DNA of 64,000 nt, taken from contig DAIPYJ010000001.1 of assembly GCA_036782775.1 (NCBI GenBank), forward strand, positions 115,404 to 179,403, read 5' to 3'. Made by a program: the position numbers and the translations under genes. The notes beneath the pieces are model-generated. The model saw only the letters and a program-made list of their open reading frames with translations, was not told the DNA's origin and did no database searches. The DNA comes from Candidatus Dormiibacterota bacterium. Its GTDB lineage: Bacteria; Chloroflexota; Dormibacteria; CF-121. How positions within the stretch are numbered: the first letter of the stretch is position 1; each line of letters begins with the position of its first letter. Shown here piece by piece: positions 31,659-41,949 of the stretch.

Positions 31659-32904
31659 GACCGTCCTCCGGTGCGACGATGGCACCCGACGCGGCTTCGG
31701 CATCCGCCGCATCGATCTTGGTGACGGCCGGTTGTTCCTCAGCCTCGATGCCGGCCTCAGCGGTGATCAGTTCAAGCGTCCCGCCGAAGATTTTCCGCGG
31801 CCGGATCGAGACCGTGCCGAGCAGGCCTTCCGGTCGGAAGACCATGACCGCGATTAGGAGCACGCTGATGATCAGGTACTTGTAAAAAACGAAGTTCTGC
31901 AAGAGGAACGGTGGAACGGTAAATGCGATCGCGCCCAGGATGGCCCCGGGCAGGCTGCCCAGCCCACCGAGGATGACCATGATGAAGACCATCACGGTGG
32001 TCTGCACGTCGAAGTTGGGGCTGGGAAAGGCATTGAAGATGAACGCGGCATCGATCATTCCCACGATGCCCGCCATGACCGCGCTGGTGCAGAACGCGAG
32101 CAACCGGTACTTGAAGGTGTTGACGCCCATCGCCCGGGCAGCGAGCTCATCCTCACGGATCGCCACCCAGGCGCGGCCGGTGCGCGTGTGGCGCCACCGG
32201 AGCACGGCGTACATAGACAGCGCGAGAAACCCAAGAAAAAGCCAGTAGTACATCCGGTAATGCGGGACCTCGCCAATCAGCGGCAGGCTCGATGGCAGGC
32301 TGAACGGCGCGACCCCATGAAGCCCGTTTGTGCCGCCTGTGAGATTCAGGGAGTCGGGCCCGAACTGGTGGCCGGCCAGCACCGGGGGGCGGTCGAGATC
32401 GAGGATGAGGTCGCGCATGATGAGGCCGAAGGCGAGCGTCACGATCGCCAGGTAGTCGCCGCGGAGGCGGAGCGCCGGCACACCCACCAGCAACGCGAAA
32501 GCGAGCGTCACCACGATCACGACGAGCAAAGCCGCCCAGAGCGGGTAATGCTGGTGGATCTGGTCGCTCGCAACCAGCGCGTAGGCGTAGGAACCGATGC
32601 CAAAGAAGGCAATAAAGCCGAGATTGAGAAGCCCGGCATAACCGACTACCAGGTTGAGCGCGACCGCCAGGCAGGCAAACATGGCGCAATTGGCCAGGAT
32701 CAATGTCCAGAACTGCGCGCCAATCCAGCTGGAGTTGTCCTCGACGAACTGGAGCACGAGCGGCACCAGGGCCGCCGCGACGAAGAATGGGACAAGGACG
32801 TAGGGCCGGGTAAGGGTAGCGTTCCAGGCGGATGGCCCTGACTCCCAGAAGCGCTTGAGGGGATGGCTGTGATCACCCTCGAAGGCCGCGGGCTGCGCGC
32901 TCAT
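31651..32904 (-). CDS. livM: branched-chain amino acid ABC transporter permease (LivM-like)
   Basis: 417 aa polytopic membrane protein in the LivM family. Confidence 0.8.
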   Translation of the reverse strand: MSAQPAAFEGDHSHPLKRFWESGPSAWNATLTRPYVLVPFFVAAALVPLVLQFVEDNSSWIGAQFWTLILANCAMFACLAVALNLVVGYAGLLNLGFIAFFGIGSYAYALVASDQIHQHYPLWAALLVVIVVTLAFALLVGVPALRLRGDYLAIVTLAFGLIMRDLILDLDRPPVLAGHQFGPDSLNLTGGTNGLHGVAPFSLPSSLPLIGEVPHYRMYYWLFLGFLALSMYAVLRWRHTRTGRAWVAIREDELAARAMGVNTFKYRLLAFCTSAVMAGIVGMIDAAFIFNAFPSPNFDVQTTVMVFIMVILGGLGSLPGAILGAIAFTVPPFLLQNFVFYKYLIISVLLIAVMVFRPEGLLGTVSIRPRKIFGGTLELITAEAGIEAEEQPAVTKIDAADAEAASGAIVAPEDGHE

Positions 32905-33824
32905 GCCCGGTCCGTCAGCGGCTGGCCGAACAGGCCCTGAGGCCGCACCAGCAAGACCAGGATCAGCGCGAGAAAAACGAACGTGTCCTGAAACTGGGTG
33001 CTGATGAAACCGCCAACCATGTTTTCCAGCACTCCGAGCAACAGCCCGCCTACCATGGCGCCGCGGATGTTGCCAATGCCGCCAATGACGGCGGCCGTGA
33101 ATGCCTTGATACCGAGCAGGTAACCCATGAAGAAGTTGACCGTTGCGTAGCGCAGGCCGAAGAGCAGGCCGGCCATTCCGGCCAACGCCGAGGCGATGAA
33201 GAAGGTGATCATGATGACCCGGTCGACGTCGATGCCCATGAAGGTCGCGGCCTCGCGGTCCTGCGCCGTCGCTCGCATGGCGCTTCCAAACTGGGTCCGA
33301 AAGATGAAGCGATCAAGCGCGACCATCAGCGCCGCGGCCACGAGGAAGAGCATGACTCCGGTAAGCGGCGTCTCGACGCTGCCGACTCGCAGCACCGTCT
33401 GCGGCACGAGTGCGTAGGTTTGCACGCCGACCGGCGCGGGGCTCACCCAGACCTGAACGGCGCTTTCGAGGAAGAGGGAGACCCCGATTGCGGTGATCAA
33501 GGGCGCGAGCCGGTTGGCGTTGCGCAGCGGCCGGTATGCCACGCGTTCGATCGCGACGCCGAGCCCGCCGGCGCCACCCATCGCCGTGAGCAACATGATG
33601 CCGACGATCAGCCCGGCGGGCACGGCCGCGACCTCGTTGTGCACCAGCAATGCTGCGACGCCGGCCGCGAGGAAGGCACCCACCATGTAGACGTCGCCAT
33701 GCGCGAAGTTGAGCAGTTCGAGGATGCCGTAGATCAGGGTGTAGCCGAGCGCGACCAGGGCGTAGAGGCTCCCGAGTTCCAGCCCGTTGATCAGCTGCTG
33801 CAGGAAGGTAGCCACGGCAATCAA
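32901..33824 (-). CDS. livH: branched-chain amino acid ABC transporter permease (LivH-like)
   Basis: 307 aa. N-terminus MIAVATFLQQLINGLELGSLYALVALGYTLIYG is the LivH signature. Confidence 0.8.
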   Translation of the reverse strand: MIAVATFLQQLINGLELGSLYALVALGYTLIYGILELLNFAHGDVYMVGAFLAAGVAALLVHNEVAAVPAGLIVGIMLLTAMGGAGGLGVAIERVAYRPLRNANRLAPLITAIGVSLFLESAVQVWVSPAPVGVQTYALVPQTVLRVGSVETPLTGVMLFLVAAALMVALDRFIFRTQFGSAMRATAQDREAATFMGIDVDRVIMITFFIASALAGMAGLLFGLRYATVNFFMGYLLGIKAFTAAVIGGIGNIRGAMVGGLLLGVLENMVGGFISTQFQDTFVFLALILVLLVRPQGLFGQPLTDRA

Positions 33825-33863
33825 AAAGGGGACGGGCGCCGTCCCGTCCCCTTTCTTACTCCT

Positions 33864-35063
33864 TTAGCCGGAGACTTGCTTCAGGACCACCATGGCGTTT
33901 TCCTTCGCCTGGTAGACGTAGATGCCGCCGCCCTGAACGTCACCCTTGGAGTCGAACTTGACCGTGCCGAAGATGGTGTTGAAGCTGTCGCTGCCAAGAT
34001 GGCTGATCACGTCGCTGCGCGAGATCTTGCCGTTCTTGACGGGCGAAGCCTTGATCGCCTGGAGCAGAGTCTGGGTAGCCTCGTAGGCCGAGCCATAGAA
34101 CGGGCCCGCCTTGCTGATCGCGTCCGCACCGTAGGCGCTCTTGAATTCATTCACGTAGTTCTGGGCTGAGCTCGAGGTCAGCCCAGCCGGGTCCGCCGTG
34201 ATGTTGGTGGCATAGGCGCCGTCGTAGGCGCCCTGTGACTTGCTGATGATCGACGGGTCTTCCTCCCCGTCGGTGCCAAGGAACTGGATATTCTGGCCGA
34301 TCGTCAGCCCGTTCTGCTTCATCTGGGAAACAAAGGGCGCCGTCTCCGGTCCTTCGTCCGCGAAGTAGACCCAGTCGGCGCCGAACGACTTGATCTTCGT
34401 GATGATCGCGCTGAAGTCGGTCTGACCGGCCTTGGCGCTGTCGCGCTGGGTCGTGACGTTGTGCGCCTTGAGATATTGCTCCGTCTGGTCGGCGAGGCCG
34501 GTCGAGTAATCGGATTTGGCGTCCATCACGTAGACCTTATGGGCGCCCTGGTCGATCATAAATTTGCCGTCCGCCGGCCCCTGGGCGTCGTCGCGGGCGT
34601 TGACCCGATGCGCGACGCTCCAGCCGGAATCCGTCACTTTCACGTTCGAGGCGGACTCGCTTACAAAGGGCAGCGGCGGGCTCGCATTTTGCAGACCCTG
34701 CACCGAGCCCAGCACCACGCCGGAGTTCATCGGGCCGACGATGCCGAGCACCGTCGGATCGGAGATTCCCTGCGCCTGTAAGGTTTGCGCCGTCTGAGCG
34801 CTGTGCTGGTCGTCCCAGACAAGCAGCTGGACCTGCGTGCCGTTGACGCCGCCCGCCTTGTTGAAGTCCTTGACCGCCAGCTGGATCGCCTGCAGCGCAC
34901 CCGCGCCGATCGACGCCTCGTCGCCGGTGAACGGCCCCTCGGCAGCGATCTGGACCTTGTCCGGCTTGTTGGCCGTGCCACCGCCGCTGTTGTTGCTGGC
35001 GCCGCACGCCGTCAGCAACAAGCTCGCCAGCCCGATAAAGACAAAAATTCTGGGCTTCCCCAT
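33864..35063 (-). CDS. ABC transporter substrate-binding lipoprotein (Leu/Ile/Val-binding protein family)
   Basis: It has a signal peptide with a lipobox (LLLTACGAS) and a type-I periplasmic binding fold. It is the first gene of the liv operon. Confidence 0.8.
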   Translation of the reverse strand: MGKPRIFVFIGLASLLLTACGASNNSGGGTANKPDKVQIAAEGPFTGDEASIGAGALQAIQLAVKDFNKAGGVNGTQVQLLVWDDQHSAQTAQTLQAQGISDPTVLGIVGPMNSGVVLGSVQGLQNASPPLPFVSESASNVKVTDSGWSVAHRVNARDDAQGPADGKFMIDQGAHKVYVMDAKSDYSTGLADQTEQYLKAHNVTTQRDSAKAGQTDFSAIITKIKSFGADWVYFADEGPETAPFVSQMKQNGLTIGQNIQFLGTDGEEDPSIISKSQGAYDGAYATNITADPAGLTSSSAQNYVNEFKSAYGADAISKAGPFYGSAYEATQTLLQAIKASPVKNGKISRSDVISHLGSDSFNTIFGTVKFDSKGDVQGGGIYVYQAKENAMVVLKQVSG

Positions 35064-35169
35064 CGATGTCGTCGACCTCCTCTTCCTTTTGTCAGAGCCT
35101 AAATCGTTCGCTCTTTATACACGGTTAGTGGCGCGAGGGCAACCGCCAACCGCCTGCTCCTAACCGTTT

Positions 35170-36348
35170 CTAATGCCGGCGGCGGACGAGGAGATCCGGA
35201 AAGCGGTCGAGGGCTCCCAGAACGGCGTCCACGTCGCTCTCGTTGTTGTAGTAATGAAGCGAGACCCGCAGCGCGCCGTCTCGCGTCGAGCACAGGATCC
35301 CCTCGCGCGCCAGGGCATCCACCAACCTCGGGGCATCGGCCGAGCCCACCATGACCAGCGGCCCGCGTGCCGCCCGCTCTGGTGGCGTGAGCAGGTCGAG
35401 CTCCCGGGCTTGCGCTCCAGCGATGAACCGATCGGCGAGCGCCTGGACATGCCGGTGAATCACGGCGAGGTCTACCTCTTGGAGCATCCGCAGGGCGGGC
35501 AGCGTGGCGTACACATTCGGGACCGGCGGCGAGCCAGTCTCGAAACGGCGGGCAGCGGCGGCGTAGCGGAGATGGTGAACGTCGTAAGCGAAGACATTCT
35601 CTTGCCCGAACCAGCCCGAGTCGCTTGGCTCGAGGCGCTCGATGAGGTCACGGCGGACGTACATGAAGGCGACGCCGGGAGAGCCGAGCAGATATTTCAG
35701 CGCCCCGGTCACGAGCACGTCGAGGTCGAGGGCTTTGACGTCCATCGGCTCGGTGCCCATGCTCTGATAGGCATCGATGAGCAGCCGAGCGCCGCGCTCG
35801 TGGGCGAGCTCTGCGAGGGCGCTGATGTTGTTTCGAAAGCCGTTCTTGTAGCAGACATGCGTGGTCGAAACGATCGCCGTCCGATCATCGATCACCTCTT
35901 CAAATGCGCGCAGGGGCAACCGGTGGTCCTCGGACCTGGCAAAGGCGACCTGGGCGCCGCGTCGCTGCTGGGCAAGCCAGATATGGCCCACCGTCGGAAA
36001 ATCGAAGTCACTGGTGACCACGCCGGGCCGTTCTGAATAGCTGAGCGCGCTTGCAATCGAGTTGAGCGCGCTCGAGACCGAGAAGGTGACAGCGACCTCC
36101 TCGGCGTCCGCGTTGATCAGCCGTGCGAACTGGACGCGGAGCTCCTCCATCCGGGCCACCCATTGCTCCCAGGGATTGCCGAAGCGGTGCCAGGACTCCA
36201 GGAATTCCTGGATTCCGGCCTCGACAGGATGCGAGAGCGCGCCCTGCGAGCAGCTGCTGAGATAGATCTTCTGCTCGAAAATTGGGAACTGGCGGCGAAA
36301 GGCAGCCGCGTTCTTGGAGGTCTCGGGCGAGCTCGACACTTCTGGCAT
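35170..36348 (-). CDS. class V aminotransferase (cysteine desulfurase / isopenicillin-N epimerase-like)
   Basis: ATG at 36348 gives MPEVSSSPETSKNAAAFRRQFPIF... The product is PLP fold type I, class V. Confidence 0.75.
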   Translation of the reverse strand: MPEVSSSPETSKNAAAFRRQFPIFEQKIYLSSCSQGALSHPVEAGIQEFLESWHRFGNPWEQWVARMEELRVQFARLINADAEEVAVTFSVSSALNSIASALSYSERPGVVTSDFDFPTVGHIWLAQQRRGAQVAFARSEDHRLPLRAFEEVIDDRTAIVSTTHVCYKNGFRNNISALAELAHERGARLLIDAYQSMGTEPMDVKALDLDVLVTGALKYLLGSPGVAFMYVRRDLIERLEPSDSGWFGQENVFAYDVHHLRYAAAARRFETGSPPVPNVYATLPALRMLQEVDLAVIHRHVQALADRFIAGAQARELDLLTPPERAARGPLVMVGSADAPRLVDALAREGILCSTRDGALRVSLHYYNNESDVDAVLGALDRFPDLLVRRRH

Positions 36349-36369
36349 TCTATGTTGATGTCGCGCGAT

Positions 36370-37530
36370 ATGACCTCGCAAAAATCGAGGTCATTCACCG
36401 AGTCGGTCATCCGCGAGATGACCCGCTTGTGTGTCGCCGAACATGGGAGCGACTGCGTCAACCTGGCCCAGGGCTTCCCTGACTTCTCGGCACCGGCAGC
36501 GCTGAAGGAAGCCGGCGTCGAGGCCATCCGCCAGGACTTCAATCAGTACGCCACAACCTGGGGAGCAAAGGTGATGCGCGACGCGATCGCCGAGAAGCAG
36601 CAGCGCTTTCGGGGGATGGCCGTCGACCCGGAAACCGAGATCACCGTCTGCTGCGGCGTCACCGAGGCAATGCTGTCCACCATTCTCGCCCTCGTCGATC
36701 CGGGTGACGAGGTGATTATTTTCGAACCCTTCTACGAGAACTATGGCCCGGATTGCATCCTGTCGGGCGCGAAGCCGGTGGTGGTTCCCCTGATCGCACC
36801 CGACTGGCATTTCGACCGGGAACAACTGCGTCGCGCCTTTACCCCGAGGACGCGCGCGATCATCATCAACACGCCGCATAATCCGACGGGCAAGGTCTAT
36901 AACGAGGAGGAACTGTCGTATATCGCCGGCCTTTGCCACGAATTCGACACGCTCGCCATCACGGATGAGATCTACGAGCACCTCGTGTATCGCGGGAAGC
37001 ACATCAGCATCGCGACGCTCAGCGACATGCGCGAGCGCACGGTGACCATCAACGGTCTATCGAAGACCTACAGCGTGACCGGATGGCGGCTGGCCTACGC
37101 GATCGCCCCAGCCCACCTCACCGACGCCATCCGGAAGGTGCACGACTTCGTGACGGTCGGCGCCCCGCATCCGCTCCAGGTCGCGGCCGCCACCGCCCTG
37201 CGTTTTCCCGACCGCTATTACATCGAGCTGCTCGACGCCTATCGCGAGCGCCGCGACTTTCTGCTGGAGATCCTCGATGAAGCCGGCTTCACCGCCTATC
37301 CTCCGGACGGCGCCTATTACGTCATGACGGACGTCGGCCGGTTCGGCGAGGATGACGTGAGCCTCGCCCACCGAATGGTGCGCGAAATCGGACTCGCAAC
37401 CGTCCCCGGAAGCAGCTTTTATCTGGAGCCGGAGCGGGGCCGCCGCCAGATCCGGTTCTCCTTCCCCAAGAAGATGGAGACGCTGCGCCGGGCCGCCGAT
37501 CGGCTCAAGCAGTTGCAACCAGTCGCTTGA
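36370..37530 (+). CDS. class I/II aminotransferase (YbdL / kynurenine-aminotransferase-like)
   Basis: The MTSQKSRSFTESVIREMTRLC...NLAQGFPDF N-terminus and SKTYSVTGWRLAY PLP-lysine region are present. The track ORF start at 36163 is an upstream extension. Confidence 0.8.
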   Translation: MTSQKSRSFTESVIREMTRLCVAEHGSDCVNLAQGFPDFSAPAALKEAGVEAIRQDFNQYATTWGAKVMRDAIAEKQQRFRGMAVDPETEITVCCGVTEAMLSTILALVDPGDEVIIFEPFYENYGPDCILSGAKPVVVPLIAPDWHFDREQLRRAFTPRTRAIIINTPHNPTGKVYNEEELSYIAGLCHEFDTLAITDEIYEHLVYRGKHISIATLSDMRERTVTINGLSKTYSVTGWRLAYAIAPAHLTDAIRKVHDFVTVGAPHPLQVAAATALRFPDRYYIELLDAYRERRDFLLEILDEAGFTAYPPDGAYYVMTDVGRFGEDDVSLAHRMVREIGLATVPGSSFYLEPERGRRQIRFSFPKKMETLRRAADRLKQLQPVA

Positions 37531-37538
37531 TTTTGGGT

Positions 37539-37871
37539 ATGACCAGGGCCATGTGGCTCGCCTGTCCGAACCGCTGCAGCACCAACCGCTTTGAGCTCTG
37601 GAACGCCTCGGTTTTCGTCGACAGCCAGGGCCGCTATCTGGAATACAAGGCCGCGGACGCCCCCCTGTACCGCTGTACGGAATGCGGAACTCCGGCCGTC
37701 GACCTGGGCGAGGTGCCGGGCGCCATGGCCGCCGACCGCGCCGCCCTCGAGAATCCTGCGGTCGATTACGCCTGCCCCAGCTGCGAGGCCCTCTTCAGCG
37801 CGCCGCGCGACCAGAATCCGGTCGTCTGTCCGAGCTGCGGCCAGACCTTCCCGGTGTCAGCAGCCTCCTAG
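37539..37871 (+). CDS. cysteine-rich zinc-ribbon protein (four Cys pairs), hypothetical
   Basis: Has CPNRC, CTECG, CPSCE and CPSCG motifs. Its start overlaps or abuts the aminotransferase stop. Confidence 0.4.
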   Translation: MTRAMWLACPNRCSTNRFELWNASVFVDSQGRYLEYKAADAPLYRCTECGTPAVDLGEVPGAMAADRAALENPAVDYACPSCEALFSAPRDQNPVVCPSCGQTFPVSAAS

Positions 37872-37896
37872 CCGAACGCGGTTCGTATGGTCCGCG

Positions 37897-38532
37897 CTAA
37901 CGGACGACGCGGTACTTGATGTGGGTAACCGCCGGCGAGGCGACAACGGTGATCGGCTCGAGCTTTGGGTCGCCAACGTTATCGAGCAGCCGCTCGCCAG
38001 CTCCGAGAACGACTGGAGCGATATGCAGGTAGAGCTCATCGAGTAAGCCGGCCCGGAGATATTGCCGAATCGCACTTGCTCCACCCGCAATCTGCACATT
38101 CCTCGCGCCTGCGGCGTGGCGGGCCTGCTCGAGCGCCGACTGGATCCCATCCGTGACGAAGTAGAAGGTCGTGCCACCGGCCATTGGCAGCGCCTCGCGC
38201 GCATGATGGGTGAGCACAAACACCGGCGTGTGATATGGCGGATCGTCGCCCCACCAGCCCTTCCAGCTGAGATCCCACGGCCCGCGGCCGGGACTGAACA
38301 TGTTCCGGCCCATGATGTAAGCGCCGACGTTATCGAAGAGGTGGGCAGCGACCTCTGAATCGGCGTTTGCCGCTCCGCCCTTCTGGCCCTGCATCTGGTG
38401 CCAGGCTTCCGTCGCAAAAAACCACTCGTGCAGGCGTAGCCCGCCTTCTCCGATCGGGTCCTTCAGACTTTGATTCGGGCCAGCGACGAAGCCATCGAGC
38501 GAGATCGAGATCTGGGAAGTTACGGCACTCAT
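37897..38532 (-). CDS. dihydrofolate reductase family protein (RibD C-terminal domain-like)
   Basis: MSAVTSQISISLDGFVAGPN... is the typical RibD_C / YwjB-like N-terminus, 211 aa. Confidence 0.75.
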   Translation of the reverse strand: MSAVTSQISISLDGFVAGPNQSLKDPIGEGGLRLHEWFFATEAWHQMQGQKGGAANADSEVAAHLFDNVGAYIMGRNMFSPGRGPWDLSWKGWWGDDPPYHTPVFVLTHHAREALPMAGGTTFYFVTDGIQSALEQARHAAGARNVQIAGGASAIRQYLRAGLLDELYLHIAPVVLGAGERLLDNVGDPKLEPITVVASPAVTHIKYRVVR

Positions 38533-38598
38533 GCTGGTAAGACTGCTCCCGTCGAAAAACTCATCGCTGCGCCGCCGACTGCGAAGCTGGTGATGGCT

Positions 38599-39357
38599 CT
38601 AGGTGACACGGATCCGTCGCATCATTGCCGGGAGCACCTCGCCGGCCTTGCCCTGAATGACGATCCTGGCCACAGAATCAAAGGGCGTCGGTTCAGCATT
38701 GATGATGCAGAGCTCGGCGCCGTACTCTAGCGCCAGTCGCGGTATGCCTGCCGCCGGGTATACCTGGAGCGAGCTGCCGACGATCAGCATGAGATCGGCG
38801 GCCATGGCCAACTGCTGCGCGTCGCCCAGCGCCTTCGCGGGGAGCGCCTCGCCGAACATGACGACGGTCGGCTTCAAGAAACGGCCACCGCAGTCGGGAC
38901 AGCTCGGTGGACACTGTTGCGCATTCAGTCGATCGATCTCGGCCCGGGGATAGCGGCGCTCGCAGTTGAGGCATACCACACTCTGCGAGGAGCCGTGCAA
39001 CTCGATCACCTGGCTGCTGCCCGCCTTCTGATGCAGGCCGTCCGTGTTCTGGGTGATGAGGCCGGAAAGACGTCCCTGCTGCTCAAGCTCCGCCAGCGCC
39101 CGGTGAGCCGCATTTGGTTGAGCGTCGGCGCGGCGATGCTGCAGGCTGTACGACCAGTACTGAGCCGGATCGGCACGGAAGGTGTCGATGTGGGCCACCT
39201 TGTACGGATCGAACTTCGTCCACAGCCCACCTTCGCCGCGATAGACGGGGATGCCGCTTTCGGCCGAGACGCCGGCGCCGGTGAAGGCCACCGCGGAACG
39301 CGACTGCTCTAGCAGCAGCGCGGCCTGGCCGAGGTCCGCGTCGATGGCAGCGCTCAA
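38599..39357 (-). CDS. NAD-dependent protein deacylase, Sir2 family (CobB-like sirtuin)
   Basis: Carries GAGVSAESGIP..., the four-Cys Zn module (CLNC...CPDCGG) and HG. It is 252 aa with no extra domains. Confidence 0.85.
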   Translation of the reverse strand: MSAAIDADLGQAALLLEQSRSAVAFTGAGVSAESGIPVYRGEGGLWTKFDPYKVAHIDTFRADPAQYWSYSLQHRRADAQPNAAHRALAELEQQGRLSGLITQNTDGLHQKAGSSQVIELHGSSQSVVCLNCERRYPRAEIDRLNAQQCPPSCPDCGGRFLKPTVVMFGEALPAKALGDAQQLAMAADLMLIVGSSLQVYPAAGIPRLALEYGAELCIINAEPTPFDSVARIVIQGKAGEVLPAMMRRIRVT

Positions 39358-40208
39358 CGGAGTCCAGCGAAGAGATCGTGCTCGGGAACGGGCGTATCGA
39401 CCGAGCTGCGCGCCCGCTCGAAGGTTTCCATCGACCAGGCCTCCGGGCCCGCAACGTCGGCCAGCTTCATGAACCAGCTGTCTTGTGGGATCTGGGTGCG
39501 ATGCGCCCGCATGGCGGCAAGCTTCTTGTCAATGAACGCCTTGACGTCGATCCAGGTCGTGACGCGATCGTCCGATACCGCAAATGGGGGCGGCTCGCCG
39601 TCCTCGGAGAAGCGGTTCTCGACGCCGGCCCGCTGCATCACCTCGGCCATCCGCTGAATCTGTGATTTCGGGAAGGCGTTGTAGTAGAGCTTGCTGGGTC
39701 GGAACGGCTCACCACCTGGGAATCGCTTGACATCACCGGCGTAGAAGAAGGCGCCGATCGCGACCCGGTGGGTCTTGATGTGGTCCGGGTGCGCGTAGCC
39801 GCCGAACTCGTTCTGCGTCACCATGACCTGCGGCCGGACCCGTCGCACGATCTGGATAAGGCGCGCAATCGCCTCCTCTTCGTCCGCCTGCCAGAAGGTT
39901 TGGGGCTCCCGGTTGCGCGGTAGGCCGGCCATCCCGGAATCCTCGTAATCCAGGAAGAGGACCTCGCCCACGCCCAGGATCCTCATCGCGTTGCGGAGCT
40001 CCGCTTCGCGAATCGTGCCCAGCCTTGGCGCCGCTTCCTTGGGATCCAGCTCCTTGTCGAGGATCTCTCCGACTTCTCCCCGGGTCGCCGTCACCAGCGT
40101 CGTGCGCACGCCTTCCGCGCTGTAGCGCGCCAGGCTGCCGCCCATGACGATCGACTCATCGTCCGGATGCGGCTGGACCGCCAGCAAGCTGAGCTCGCTT
40201 GGGCTCAC
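39354..40208 (-). CDS. PIG-L / LmbE-family N-acetylglucosaminyl deacetylase
   Basis: GTG at 40208 overlaps the etfA stop (GTGA). The product carries PHPDDE and HPDH motifs. The track ORF has an ~80-aa spurious extension. Confidence 0.7.
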   Translation of the reverse strand: MSPSELSLLAVQPHPDDESIVMGGSLARYSAEGVRTTLVTATRGEVGEILDKELDPKEAAPRLGTIREAELRNAMRILGVGEVLFLDYEDSGMAGLPRNREPQTFWQADEEEAIARLIQIVRRVRPQVMVTQNEFGGYAHPDHIKTHRVAIGAFFYAGDVKRFPGGEPFRPSKLYYNAFPKSQIQRMAEVMQRAGVENRFSEDGEPPPFAVSDDRVTTWIDVKAFIDKKLAAMRAHRTQIPQDSWFMKLADVAGPEAWSMETFERARSSVDTPVPEHDLFAGLR

Positions 40209-41176
40209 TTGCCTTTGCGCGATCGAACTTCCTGGATCAGCTGGGGCACGACTTTGTGAACGTCGCCGACGACACCCAGGTCCGCCAGTTTGAAGATGGG
40301 CGCTTCCGGATCCTTGTTGATCGCGATGATCGTTTTCGCGCCCTTCATCCCCACGGTGTGTTGCATCGCCCCGGAGATGCCGACCGCGATGTAAACGGTT
40401 GGTTTTACGGTCTTGCCCGTCTGGCCAATCTGAAAGTGGTACGGCTTCCATCCGGCGTCGACCACGGCACGGCTGGCGCCGACCGCGGCTCCGATTTCAC
40501 CCGCGAGCTCGTCGAGCATTTTGAAATTCTCCGGCGCGCCGAGGCCCCGGCCGCCGCTGACGATGACGGCCGCATCCTCGAGTCGTGGCCCTTCCGCTTC
40601 CTGCTTCTCGCGACGAAGCACGCGGGCGGCCGGCTTGCTGGTGTCCACTGGATCCGTGAGCGTTTCGACTTGAGGCGAGGAGCCGCCGTCGGCAGGCTCG
40701 GCGGCAACCGCCTTCGGGCGCAGCAGAATGAGCACCGGCGGCTGCGCTTTCGGCGCCGTCGTCACCAGCAGACTGCCACCGAAGACAGGCGAAATCGCCG
40801 CCAACTTGCCCTCGCGCTCCACCACATCGGTGGCGTTGGCAATCAGGGCCGCCCCTAATCGCGCAGAAAGCCGTGAGGCGATGTCCCGGCCGTCGTAGGT
40901 CATCCCGAAGAGAATGGCATCCGGTCGGTCCTTCTCTGTGATCCGCGCGAGCAGATCGACCGCCGGCGTGGCGAGCACCTCCCGAAACGCCTGATCCTCA
41001 TGCACATAGACCTTCTTTGCTCCGTACTTCCCGAGTGTCTCGGCCGCTTTTGCCGCGCCGGGACCAAGCGCAACCGCGGTCGTCTCGCCCAGGGCACGCG
41101 CCTTGGTGAGGAGCTCGAGCGCGATCGGTTGCGGCGCGCCATCGGCCGTCTCGGCATAGACCCAGATCGCCGGCAT
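40205..41176 (-). CDS. etfA: electron transfer flavoprotein alpha subunit
   Basis: ATG at 41176 gives MPAIWVYAE..., with the FAD-binding C-terminal domain (GISGAMQH). The 586-aa track ORF includes an Arg/Gly-rich out-of-context N-terminal extension. Confidence 0.85.
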   Translation of the reverse strand: MPAIWVYAETADGAPQPIALELLTKARALGETTAVALGPGAAKAAETLGKYGAKKVYVHEDQAFREVLATPAVDLLARITEKDRPDAILFGMTYDGRDIASRLSARLGAALIANATDVVEREGKLAAISPVFGGSLLVTTAPKAQPPVLILLRPKAVAAEPADGGSSPQVETLTDPVDTSKPAARVLRREKQEAEGPRLEDAAVIVSGGRGLGAPENFKMLDELAGEIGAAVGASRAVVDAGWKPYHFQIGQTGKTVKPTVYIAVGISGAMQHTVGMKGAKTIIAINKDPEAPIFKLADLGVVGDVHKVVPQLIQEVRSRKGK

Positions 41177-41949
41177 CAGATGACCTTCAACTGCTTGAGG
41201 AAATCCGCGATGCGCTTCGCACCTTCTCCCTTGTCCTCGACAACCTCGCCGGCTTTTCTTGCTTCGGCCGGCTTGACCTCGACAACTTCCTCGGTCAAAG
41301 CTCCACCGGCCTGGCCCTCGAGACCGAGGTCGGAGAGGCCAACCTGTTTGACCTCCTTGTTCTTGGCCTGCATGATCCCCCGCAACGCCGGATAGCGCGC
41401 CTCGTTGATGCCACCGGTCACGGTCACGACTGCCGGCAGCGGCGCCTCGACGACGTCGTAGCCCTCGTCGGTCTGCCGATCGATAACGGCCTTGCTGTCC
41501 TGGACCTCGAGCTTCTTCGCAAAGCTCAGAAGCGGCAGCCCGAGGATCTCGGCCACCTGCGCCGGGACCGCTCCGCAGGAGCCGTCCGTGCTCTCGGTCC
41601 CGCAGATGATAATGTCCGGCGCCCGGTCCTTGACTGCCGCCGCGATGGCGCGCGCGGTGCTGATCGCGTCCGAGTTTTCGAGGCCTTTGTCGGTGATCAG
41701 GACGCCGCGCGCCGCCCCCATGGCCAGCGCCCGCCGGATCGCCTCCATCGCTTTCGCGGGGCCCATCGACACGACCGTGACCTCGCCACCGTGTTTCTCG
41801 GCCAGCTGCAATCCGGCCTCGACCGCATGCTCGTCGCCCGGATCGAGCACAAGATCGACGCCGTCCCGCACCAGGCGCTTGGTTTGGGGGTCGAGCTTGC
41901 CTGGTGTGTTGGGGTCGGGGATCTGCTTGACGCAGACGACGACATTCAT
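41176..41949 (-). CDS. etfB: electron transfer flavoprotein beta subunit
   Basis: ATG at 41949 gives MNVVVCVKQIPD... It overlaps etfA by 1 nt (ATGA). Confidence 0.85.
   Translation of the reverse strand: MNVVVCVKQIPDPNTPGKLDPQTKRLVRDGVDLVLDPGDEHAVEAGLQLAEKHGGEVTVVSMGPAKAMEAIRRALAMGAARGVLITDKGLENSDAISTARAIAAAVKDRAPDIIICGTESTDGSCGAVPAQVAEILGLPLLSFAKKLEVQDSKAVIDRQTDEGYDVVEAPLPAVVTVTGGINEARYPALRGIMQAKNKEVKQVGLSDLGLEGQAGGALTEEVVEVKPAEARKAGEVVEDKGEGAKRIADFLKQLKVI

Noticed and set aside
38599-39357. Sir2-domain protein as a candidate anti-phage defence system component (Thoeris/DSR-like)
   Set aside because: It is a minimal 252-aa CobB-type sirtuin with intact Zn-binding cysteines and no fused SLOG/TIR/nuclease/TM domains or partner genes. 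It is operonic with housekeeping etfBA and a PIG-L deacetylase.
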